Positions 8,425-16,400 of a stretch of 64,000 bases of DNA are shown in pieces. Under the pieces are notes generated by a model. The model made no database searches. It had not been told where the DNA came from and saw only the letters and a program-made list of their open reading frames with translations. Position 1 is the first letter of the stretch, and every line of letters begins with the position of its first letter. The position numbers and the translations under genes were made by a program. Where the stretch lies: positions 1-64,000 of the forward strand of contig KZ537978.1 in NCBI GenBank assembly GCA_000934665.2, given 5' to 3'. This DNA is from Catajapyx aquilonaris (Eukaryota).

Positions 8425-10398
8425 CCAAGTAATATACGATACTATTCCTTTTCGTATTACTTCATGAGCAGGACATTTTTATGGCAACCAATATCTCCAT
8501 TTTGGGGAAAGTTGGACATGGGATGTTTTGAATCTCACCGAATCATTTTAATCGCTTAACATATTACATTGTATTTGATTTATTTCAGATAAGCTCCATG
8601 CCAGTGAAGGATATCTTATCCTTGGTGCAAAAGGAAAAGTGGGTTTGCATATATTTCTCATATACTGTAGCTACTATGACTTTGTAAGAATGAACCGGTA
8701 GTATTACTATTAATTCCAAAACATTACAATTCGCCTTGTAGGTAATAGACATAGAAACAGGAAAATTGCTGGGGTACAACCAACCTGGTGAGATATGTTT
8801 ACGTGCTCCGTGCATGATGACTGAGTATATTGGCCAACCTGAGGTAAGACTACCAACTACCATAAACCTAATTATTTTCGTTTGTATTTAAAACAAGATA
8901 TAACATATAAGTGATAAAGAGGAAGCTGAATAATTGCTTATGAGCCCTATAATTCTTCTATTTGCAAACTAGAAAACAAAGGAGATTCTGCAGAACGGGT
9001 GGATTCACACTGGAGATTATGGCTACTTTGACCAAGATGGATCATTGTATGTCCTGTCTCGTCTGAAAGAAGTGTTCAAATACTGGAATTATCACGTAGG
9101 TGCACATATGTCTAGGATTATTTAGTTAGCATGATGATGGGTGACTATAGTCTACCGCAGTCAGAAATGTTGCTTCACATTAGGATCATTTGATATAGCC
9201 TGGTGCACTACAGGCGCAGCCTAGCGTAACCAAAACCTCAGCCTTTCTTTTCCACGGCTTATTACCGTCTTATCACTGAACGTAAACATGCCAGGCTTGT
9301 GCAATGTATAGAAGACCTTAGGAGTCATGCACACGAATGTAGTATTTAACTCTGTATATAAGCATTATTACCCTTCTGATGAGCTACATAATGGGACGAA
9401 ATTAATTTTTTTTTTGCGTTTTTTGCATCAACATTAATGACCAAGGCATTGACTTAAAACATCAAATATTTGTCAGATGAAGCTCATATTGTAACGATTC
9501 CGACGACAACTCACGCATTTTAGGCTACGTCGCGTCGTGACCTTGACACTCGTGATACAGCATTTTTTTTTCTCGTTATCCGTAAGGGTAATGAAATCTC
9601 GCGCGGAGGGACGTATACATTCCAGGAACATCAGAAGTGTTTATAAGCATCATTACTGTACCAACCAGTAGGTACAGCATAGACTAGCTGATGGCATATG
9701 AAATCTCTTCTGCTATGGCTTGCCGTTACGCAAGCAGCAGTGGTAACAGTAAAATTGCCATTGTCATCATCAAGGCCCGTTGGTCTAGGGGTATGATTCT
9801 CGCTTCGGGAGTGAGAGGTCCCGGGTTCGACTCCCGGACGGGCCCAACTTTTTTTTTCTGTCAATGAAAATGTTTCTTGTGTCATTATTACTGCAAATTT
9901 AATGCATTTGTGGCTTTCACCGACACGAAGTGAGGATATTGATGTGACAATCATTACTTGATTTGGATGCTGTTTCCGAAACCAGAATGTAATAATTATC
10001 ATTATACATTCTTCCATTTTCTTGATATTAATGCAGATATCGCCTGCTGAATTAGAGAATGTCATCCTGCAGCATCCGAGTGTAGCAGACGTCTGTGTGA
10101 TTGGTGTTCGAGACCCCGATGGTGGTGGTGATATCCCAAGGGCTGTTGTCGTTTTGCGAGTGGGCCACGAGAAGCTAAAATGTGAAGCAAATATAAAGGC
10201 GTTTGTAGAAGGTACGATACATTTCCCCCCTGTATTTTCCAGCAGAATACCAAAATTTAATTCCTGCATTTTGCAATATCTATAGATCGTGTGGAGAAGT
10301 ACAAGCAGCTGAGAGGAGGGATAATCATTGTTGATGAGTTGCCTCTGGGAAAAACTGGGAAAGTTCAGCGCGTTCAGGTGTCCAAGCTATATTCCTAG
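867..10398 (+). CDS. Luciferase-like / 4-coumarate-CoA ligase-like acyl-CoA synthetase (ANL adenylate-forming enzyme), 12 coding exons, 541 aa
   Basis: Exons 867-989, 2260-2467, 4485-4661, 4888-5020, 6043-6205, 6557-6730, 7194-7278, 8589-8638, 8742-8843, 8973-9095, 10037-10211, 10286-10398 all have GT..AG introns with matching phases and sum to 1626 nt (541 aa + TAG). ANL motifs occur in the right order: [13 protein letters not shown] (A3), PFHISG, KYDFSS..IGGA, YGMTE (A5), PGEICLRAP (A6), GWIHTGD (A7), [15 protein letters not shown] (A8), [15 protein letters not shown] (A10). Confidence 0.92.
1151..1287. mobile_element. Short palindromic MITE
   Basis: 38-bp perfect inverted repeats 1151-1188 (TATATCCTCCTGAGACCTGATGTCCAATATATTGGACA) and 1250-1287, each containing the palindrome TGTCCAATATATTGGACA; TATA at both ends. 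Confidence 0.75.
2260..2467 (+). CDS. acyl-CoA synthetase exon 2 ([14 protein letters not shown]...YPEDNS)
   Basis: Acceptor TAG 2257-2259; donor G|GTTTGT; ORF track 2266-2514; D-x-x-TG-x-x-x-x-Y pattern typical of the family. Confidence 0.9.
2755..3184. mobile_element. Tc1/mariner-type MITE with about 110-bp TIRs
   Basis: Flanked by TA (2753-2754, 3185-3186); ends CAGGG(T)GTCCGTGAACC; arms 2755-2865 and 3073-3184 are near-identical inverted copies (also visible as mirrored ORFs 2643+ and 3041-). Confidence 0.88.
3620..4277 (+). mobile_element. tRNA-derived SINE, copy 1 (interrupted by a MITE at 3849-4185)
   Basis: 12-bp TSD TCAGTTGTGTAT (3608-3619, 4278-4289); A box TGGCGTCGCGG 3633-3643; B box GGTTCAATCC 3676-3685; core homologous to the SINE at 8035; ends in a GGTGG-TAATT-CCACC hairpin, poly-C and poly-A. 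Confidence 0.85.
3849..4185. mobile_element. MITE with 35-bp perfect TIRs and 8-bp TSD (P-element- or hAT-like)
   Basis: TIR CAACGAGATAGAATAGGGTAGAGGCCGTAAAGGTC (3849-3883) and its exact reverse complement (4151-4185); TSD CCTTGGAG (3841-3848, 4186-4193); extra internal inverted repeats (CATGCCACTTCACGG; AACCCTGTTCTCCTCT..CTCCTGCCTCCTGGCGGG). Confidence 0.92.
4485..4661 (+). CDS. acyl-CoA synthetase exon 3 ([18 protein letters not shown]...LLLDGEG)
   Basis: Polypyrimidine tract plus CAG at 4482-4484; donor G|GTAAAA; phases 1/1. Confidence 0.88.
4888..5020 (+). CDS. acyl-CoA synthetase exon 4 with A3/P-loop ([22 protein letters not shown])
   Basis: TAGCAG acceptor; donor GG|GTAAAA; AMP-binding signature. 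Confidence 0.92.
5377..5729 (+). mobile_element. tRNA-derived SINE, copy 3 (divergent relative)
   Basis: A box TGGCCGAGATGG 5392-5403; B-box-like GGATCGATCC 5436-5445; A-rich tail; 11/12 TSD TGTATCGC(T/A)AAT (5365-5376, 5730-5741); carries the ATGGTGGTATTCCACCCCCC motif also seen in copy 1. Confidence 0.8.
6043..6205 (+). CDS. acyl-CoA synthetase exon 5 (FFSKCRQ...KPFHISGF...AIHTYK)
   Basis: CAG acceptor 6040-6042; donor AAG|GTAATT; PFH..G and AI..YK motifs. Confidence 0.9.
6226..6480. mobile_element. TA-flanked MITE
   Basis: 33-bp TIRs ATTGAAGGGGTCGGTGCAATACCGCCCTAACCC (6226-6258) and 6448-6480 (1 mismatch); TA on both sides. Confidence 0.85.
6557..6730 (+). CDS. acyl-CoA synthetase exon 6 ([10 protein letters not shown]...[16 protein letters not shown]...VLNK)
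   Basis: TAG acceptor 6554-6556; donor AAG|GTATGT; matches the KYDLSS..GGAP consensus. Confidence 0.9.
6838..7029. mobile_element. Tc1/mariner-type MITE
   Basis: TA-flanked; TIR CAG(G/T)GTGACTCTAAAGTC at both ends, with imperfect inverted continuation. Confidence 0.8.
7194..7278 (+). CDS. acyl-CoA synthetase exon 7 ([10 protein letters not shown]...)
   Basis: CAG acceptor; donor G|GTAAGC; A5 motif YGMTE. Confidence 0.92.
7319..7721. mobile_element. Degenerate Tc1/mariner-type MITE
   Basis: Left TA-GAGGGTGTTTCAGA..ACTTTTAGGGTGACCT; right end reverse complement TA-CAAGGTGTTTCAGAACTTTTAGGGCGACCT. Confidence 0.65.
8035..8415 (+). mobile_element. tRNA-derived SINE, copy 2, with (ATT)n tail
   Basis: 14-bp perfect TSD TATTATATACCAAG (8021-8034, 8416-8429); A box TGGTGCTGCGG 8046-8056; B box AGTTCGATCC 8091-8100; about 200 nt homologous to copy 1; 3' hairpin ACCCTATATAGGGT then (ATT)n. 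Confidence 0.88.
8363..8419 (+). repeat. (ATT)19 microsatellite (SINE tail)
   Basis: Perfect trinucleotide run, directly visible. Confidence 0.95.
8589..8638 (+). CDS. acyl-CoA synthetase exon 8 ([17 protein letters not shown])
   Basis: TTTCAG acceptor; donor AAA|GTGGGT; the phase 1 to 0 switch is needed to join exons 7 and 9; aligns with the S-V-G-x-x-x-P-G-x-x-x-K segment. Confidence 0.75.
8742..8843 (+). CDS. acyl-CoA synthetase exon 9 ([34 protein letters not shown])
   Basis: TAG acceptor; donor GAG|GTAAGA; A6 motif. Confidence 0.93.
8973..9095 (+). CDS. acyl-CoA synthetase exon 10 ([23 protein letters not shown]...[12 protein letters not shown])
   Basis: TAG acceptor; donor CAC|GTAGGT; A7 and A8 motifs. 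Confidence 0.93.
9774..9845 (+). tRNA. tRNA-Pro (anticodon CGG), inside intron 10 of the acyl-CoA synthetase
   Basis: GGCCCGTTGGTCTAGGGGTATGATTCTCGCTTCGGGAGTGAGAGGTCCCGGGTTCGACTCCCGGACGGGCCC: 72 nt; acceptor stem GGCCCGT/ACGGGCC; anticodon arm CTCGC/GTGAG with CGG at 9806-9808; intact A and B boxes; near-identical to the canonical metazoan tRNA-Pro; T9 Pol III terminator at 9849-9857. Confidence 0.95.
10037..10211 (+). CDS. acyl-CoA synthetase exon 11 ([24 protein letters not shown]...FVE)
   Basis: CAG acceptor; donor G|GTACGA; AMP-binding C-terminal domain. Confidence 0.93.
10286..10398 (+). CDS. acyl-CoA synthetase terminal exon 12 ([12 protein letters not shown]...[19 protein letters not shown])
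   Basis: TAG acceptor 10283-10285; A10 catalytic Lys; stop TAG 10396-10398. Confidence 0.93.
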
Positions 10399-10491
10399 AC
10401 GCCTGAAAAATATTGCGATGCTATTATTAAATACGTAGAAAATTTTATCAATCTAATTTGTTAAATGACTTTATTTAGAGTGGGCCTGCTA

Positions 10492-10497
10492 AATAAA
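10492..10497 (+). terminator. polyadenylation signal AATAAA (alternative ATTAAA at 10426-10431)
   Basis: Hexamer about 95 nt after the stop codon in an AT-rich 3' UTR. Confidence 0.5.
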
Positions 10498-10602
10498 ATA
10501 TATTCTATGTGCAATAATTGAAGTGGAGTATAATTTTTCCTCTTAATGCTAGTATCTGTTATATTGAAGGGCTAGCAGCGGAACCCATTCCTCGCCCTTC
10601 CC

Positions 10603-10833
10603 GTTTCCATGGTAATGTCTTAAATAACAATCAAAAAATCAATCATTGTTGATACCATTGTACCATTTTTTATATAGTAGAATGCCACTGTTGCTGATGC
10701 GGAATTGTGTTAACGTTATTATGGCAATCAACGAAATACGGCCTGGTGTTCATTACATTGTCATTTCCTGTTTCCATGGTAATGCAAACAACAACAATCA
10801 ATAATTTTTGACACAACCCGTAGCCATGGAAAG
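10603..10833. promoter_or_regulatory. Cluster of three RFX X-box-like palindromes inside a short direct repeat
   Basis: GTTTCCATGGTAAT at 10603-10616 and 10770-10783; GTAGCCATGGAAAG at 10820-10833; consensus GTTNCCATGGNAAC. Confidence 0.35.
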
Positions 10834-11653
10834 TAAATATGGACAAACAAACAAACAAACTTTGCTTTTGAACGATGCAATGATGAATTGATTTTTTAAA
10901 TTAGCTGAATTGATTTTAAAACACGATCCTCCATTTATGTACAAGTAAGACGCTATTTTTGTTACCAGCTACATTTTTATAGGCTAAGTAATTTTTAATG
11001 CCCAGGGGCAAATTATTACACACTACTCTAGTGACCTGCATTGTTACGTACTCAATAATATTTATGCAAGACTATCACGTATATTACAGACGAATAAAGA
11101 AGCTCCAAACCTGAAATAATATATATACTACATAATTATGAGTATGTCCTACACTTCTATTTTTAGGATTAATTGGGGATGACGGGTGTTTGAAAAGTCA
11201 ATGTACCCACAACCACCACGCTCTTCTGTAATATTGCTTAGTACACAGGAGTGCTACCGTACAAAATAATATATACACTAATACACACCCCAAGTCCAGA
11301 TCACTTTTATAATTTATTTAATTTAAGAAAAAGTGTTGTAGAGATAGTGAATTTCTTCACATATTGCTATTTTGACTGTTGCCTTGAAATTCTGTATTGT
11401 TTTGCATTCCATCAATGGTTTTTTATGCCTACCTCTGATGATGTCAATATTTTTTTTTCCTTTCCAAATATACACCTCAAGCGATAAAAAACACGCATTC
11501 CGAGTCCTACGACAGCCACCAACCAGGACCTCTCGTTACACAAGATGACATACTACTGTAAATACCTTTGTTTTAACACTACTTTCTAGAACGATATCCG
11601 TTAGACCTATCCCCACATCACAGTTGCATCCACACCTACCCAGTACCCATCAC

Positions 11654-11906
11654 CAGGGTCCCCTACATGGTTGCCTCCCCCACCCTAACCAGGGTATTGT
11701 CTTCACCGTGGTCTTCACATAGTCCTTATGGGGCGGCCATATTGGAGCTAGATTGCATGCTGCAGGATAGGAAATTGGGAAGCGATTCTTTTTTGTTTTT
11801 TTCAACGGTTTTTTTCACATGGTTTTTTCCTATCTGATTTAGCTCCAATATGGCGGAGAGACAATACCCTGTCTAGGTGAGGGAGGCACTCATGGAGGTG
11901 ACCCTG
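11654..11906. mobile_element. MITE with 8-bp TSD (P- or hAT-like), upstream of Girdin
   Basis: TSD CCCATCAC (11646-11653, 11907-11914); TIR CAGGGTC(C/A)CCT(A/C)CATG; internal inverted repeats CAGGGTATTGTCT, GCCATATTGGAGCTA and GATAGGAAA. Confidence 0.85.
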
Positions 11907-12009
11907 CCCATCACTACCATCACTGACCCCAGAAACAATCCCACCACCATTCAAAATTCCGCCAAAATCTCATCCCCCCCAAACCAAACCTACCAAGTAA
12001 CCAATATCT

Positions 12010-12024
12010 CCGCTAGATGGCGCT
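12010..12024 (+). promoter_or_regulatory. CTCF-like motif CCGCTAGATGGCGCT
   Basis: Close match to the CTCF core CC(A/G)CTAG(A/G)TGGCGC; lies between the two genes just upstream of the GC-rich putative Girdin promoter. Confidence 0.45.
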
Positions 12025-12099
12025 GAAATACACGTACTGACTACCACCTGGTGCCCATCCTCCACATCAAAACACCAGCTGGCATTTTTTTTTCTTTTT

Positions 12100-12326
12100 T
12101 TGACAATCCTTCCCCTTTCCCTCCCTCCTCTTCCCCCATGCCCCATCCATCCCCTCCGCTTTTCCCCGCACTGTTGGTTCTGTAGTAAGAGTCGCGAGGG
12201 GCAGGTGGATCGAGCAGGTCCGCTGCCGAATCCCCTCCTGGCTCAGGTACCGTGTGTGCAAGTGTCAGCCAGCCAGGCAGGCCAACCTTTTCTTATTCGA
12301 CGGAGATCCAGGATCCATTGGTGAGT
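12100..12326 (+). promoter_or_regulatory. Putative Girdin promoter / non-coding first exon
   Basis: GC- and CpG-richer, C-tract-rich segment ending in a strong donor TTG|GTGAGT at 12321; an acceptor (AAG at 13353-13355) precedes the ATG at 13366. TSS not determinable. Confidence 0.4.
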
Positions 12327-13365
12327 CTGATCTTGGATTTGGCGGGAAATTGCGCTCACCTGACTTTTGTCAGCGCCATGTCACATATAGCGTCAGGTGG
12401 GTGACTTGTGGCTGTACCCAGATTGACGGGGAGTTTTGAATGAGCTTGGCTCAAAGTTGGAGGAAAAATTTGGAGGAAATTGTGATAGGCTGATCTTGGG
12501 ACACAATGGTTTTGATATGGTTGAATGCCTGGTTGGCGGACCATTGGAATAACGTGTTGCAAGTACTGTTATAGTTGTACAAGCTAATGCAATGAGGGTG
12601 GTATTTTAATTTATTACGGGGGTTGCATTTAATTTATGCAGTGTTATATGAAAACTTGGACATTTGACACATTGTCACGGTAAAGAAAGTAAAGAATTAT
12701 GAGCTACAAATATAAGTTATTACAATATTAACATGGAACAAGGTGCCATTAAACTTCACTGACATCTGCTGAGAAGGGGAATAGCATACTCGTATACTTG
12801 CCAAATATGTTCTTGAGTGAGCTTCCATCGACAATTTGCTGAGAGAAATTTGTCTTCAGCCTTTGAATTGGTCTGATGTCACAAACCTTTAATTGCCAGT
12901 GACATTGTTGACAGTGATTATTGCCCATTGTGACATGTGTACTAAGACAATACATTAAAATTAATGCATCTTTCCAAGCTGTAAAATGTCATTGGTGTAG
13001 ATGTGGAGATTTACTTGGCTGATTTTGGAACTCACTGGTTGGATCAGGAACTTATTTGACATGGCCACATTGTATCTAAATCTGATGCTTGGTTTTTGAC
13101 ATTTCCAATTAACCTGCAGATTGCCTGTTCATTACAAGGTCACATGTACTACAGTTCAGAACACAATAATATTATAATGACATGTCCTATAATTCCAGGT
13201 GAGGTCAATTTGAAATCATGATGTGAGTTGAAAGGTGCCTGCTGCTGACACTTGAGGAGTTCTCCAAGTCCAAACATTGGTAGTGCGGTTTTTTGCGCCA
13301 GTGAAAAACATTTAGGCTCTGATGCTTTAGTGATGTGCATTGTTCGCTTCTAAAGGCATCAAACC

Positions 13366-13419
13366 ATGGCACAGTCTACAGTCATGCAAGAACTCATGGA
13401 CGGACCACTTGTCACCTGG
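13366..13419 (+). CDS. Girdin: Girdin exon 1 (MAQSTVMQELMDGPLVTW)
   Basis: Kozak ACCATGG; donor TGG|GTGAGT; PLVTW matches the CCDC88 N-terminus. Confidence 0.88.
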
Positions 13420-16400
13420 GTGAGTATTTTTATTGTTGACTTCATAGCTGGAACATTTTTCGAGGGCCCAGGGGAATTCAGAGGGATGTCCCTTTAATTT
13501 CATAAGGGCAGTAGCATCATTGTTGACAGAAGAGAGATTGTGTACTCAACATGACACCATCAAGGGGCCAAGTTTTCTTTGGATCTGTTTCTGTGTTGAC
13601 TTAGTTTATCATGGTAGATGGAAAAGTAATAATTCTTAAAATCAAGGCAGTCTTTGATCATTGCAATCATGAAAAATCCTACATCACAATTATCAATACC
13701 AAAGGGTGTGCATGCTTTAAACATAGTGTTTTATGTCATATCCAGCCAACTTTGAGAAAAATTTAAAGAACTGCCCTCCTCTGCCCTCCATTTCATGGTT
13801 TTTCTGGGATTACTGAAATTATATAAGTGATTTGACAGTAAACCTGCTTATGGGGATATTTTTAATGATGAGGAGATTATTAATGGCCAAGTGGTTGTAC
13901 TGTCCACTGGTCACAGTTGAAGGCCTAATTTGAGAAGTAACATTGGCACTCCTGCTAGTAATGTTGTGATCTAAAACAGCCAATTCTGGTGGTTGCTGCA
14001 AGGAAGTGCCACTCCTGAGTGGATGGTGAATATAATGTGAGTAATTGGAGTATAAATGTTGTTTTTCAAATAAGGCCTTGAACTGAAGTCACCTGCCTGT
14101 AAAATCTGGCATGGGTGATGACATAAATTGAGTTAGGAGAATGGCAGCTGTGAACAGAATTTGTTGAGGATTTTTCAATGTATGAAAGATGATTGATACT
14201 GTTAAATAGTGACAGTTACAGTGCAGTGGCATGCAAAAAGTTTTTTTGCACTATTTTTCCATCCATCTACATGTCTCCTATCACACCTTATAGTGCACTG
14301 CCAATACAGCAGGAATCTTCAACATTTTTGTTGCTACTGAACATTTTTTTCTCTTTCCAACTTTGTTAGAACTCAGACTGCAATAAAACCCTGTGCCATT
14401 AAAACAAAAATACACACACAGCTGCACAATACTGTATTCTGCTGGACTAATTGATCAGGCAGTACCTCAAATATTTTCTTCAGACAGGCCCTATCAGAAC
14501 ACAGGACTTTCACAAACCATTGGACCAGCATGTACACTTGTACAGTGTGTTACAAGTATTCTGGTCCTTTTAGTTATCACAAATTTCACCCGTAGCTGTA
14601 ATTTTTGTGCACCTTTTTGCACCCTGATCGAGGTGTCCAATTATTCAAGTTTTATCACCAGCTGCTAGATTGGACTACACCTGGGAATAATATATTGAGC
14701 ACCTCGATCAGGGCCCAAAAAAGCTAAACACAAATAATAGCTTCAGGCGAAATTTGTTATAACTAAAAGGACCTGAATACTTGACCACACTGTATAACTT
14801 TTCACATCTTGGTGTATTTGTGTGGTAGCTTTTTAAAGAAACTGTCCATTATTATATATGTAAATATACATGACTGTTTTTCCATTTGAATGACCCAGTA
14901 GGGCAAGAGCCAAAGTCCAAGGTGATAGATTCTGAGGATCAAAGGTAAATTAATGGAATCAAAGTAAATCTGATCATGCAGTACATGGAATTGGCGTCAT
15001 AAATGCCTTTAATTTTGTGATGGCCATTTTAGTAAATTACATCAAGTTTGGAGTAGCAGTACCGTAGCTAAATAGTTTTGACTGAAAAAGTTTTATTCTA
15101 CACACCCATCATTTTTTCTATACCATACTAGCCTTGGGCCTTTGTCCTATTATGCCATTCAATTATCCAAGCATGACCAACTGGACATGTGCTAACCAGT
15201 TTGAGAAGATAGCTATATAATTTTTAACTAATTCCTGCAGATCCACACATTTCAAGAAAAAGGAGGAAAGAACTTGAAGTATGATGATCTTGCTGATGGA
15301 TTGCTGCTGAATGAGGTTATGCTCCTGATGTAAGTACCCAATGCTTATTTATTGAGCAGTACCCTTATCGTTGACCTGTCAAGAGAGAATACAGGCGTAG
15401 GAAACCCAAGGGAAAATTAGAATCAACTGTAACGGGGCAAAGGTCACTCTTTTAATGATTCTGAGTAGCTGTCTCACCCAATATTTGCTACTAAATATTG
15501 CAAACGGAAACTCTCTCTGCAACGTAGAGTAATTGAACGTACTGGAAGGCAGGATTCACAGTCGAATGAGTTACTTCTCTCCCCTTCCATCCCACCAGCT
15601 CCACAGGAAATAGGGCAACAGAACTCTCAACATTGGCTACATTTTGCATTGAGAGAGGAGAAAAAAATTAGCAGACATTACCTGTCAAATGGTGCCATGA
15701 CTCACGAGGACAATTGTAAAAAAAAAATGTAATGATTTATTTCCTGGCACTCTGGTTCCTACTTTACTGTTGTATATGTATCGCATGCATGTGGCGTGCT
15801 AATTGTATCCGCCTTCCAGATAAGTGACTATACAGAATGCATAGAAAACAGTGTTATACATAGTGTTGCCTGCTGCTACTATATTTGAGTGATAAATGTA
15901 AAGTTGATTAGGAAAACAAATTGTGCAAGTTAATTATAAATTAGCCTGTGCCATTAACTCGAATGTATGGAAAAAGAAACTAGCTGCAGTATAGAGCCAT
16001 GTTTTTCCGCTGTGGTTTGTAATTATTGGCTCACCAAATTGCAATTATTATCTCATGAAGTAACAGCACTTAACAAAAATGTTGCGTGCTGAGTTTTCAT
16101 AAGATACAAACTTTACTGCATGATTCAGTAGAATACTGCGCACCCAAGTTCCAAAATATTTGGAACCTCTCTGTTATTGAATAGTAAGAGAATTTGTCAT
16201 CATCAACTGTAGCCGGGACCTACGACGACGGATTTTCTGTACGGGACGTGTAAGAGTTACGACAGGCCATTAATGACCAGTGGTTAAGAGTATTTATCCA
16301 AGCTATGCACCGAGATGGAAGGAAGCGAAAATATCATCTTGCAAAATAGAGACGCTAATGGTGAAAATTTTTGTGGAAAACAATGGGGTTGGTCGTAAGG

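Noticed and set aside
9375..9400. Hammerhead-like CTGATGA...GAAA
   Set aside because: Stem II does not pair properly and no stems I/III with a cleavage triplet were found; it may instead be a decayed MITE end (weak inverted match to about 9575-9592).
9631..10269. 212-aa minus-strand ORF
   Set aside because: Antisense shadow of exon 11 and the tRNA; no recognisable protein features.
867..10398. Calling the gene a true bioluminescent luciferase
   Set aside because: Luciferin-pocket residues are not conserved; only family-level similarity is supported.
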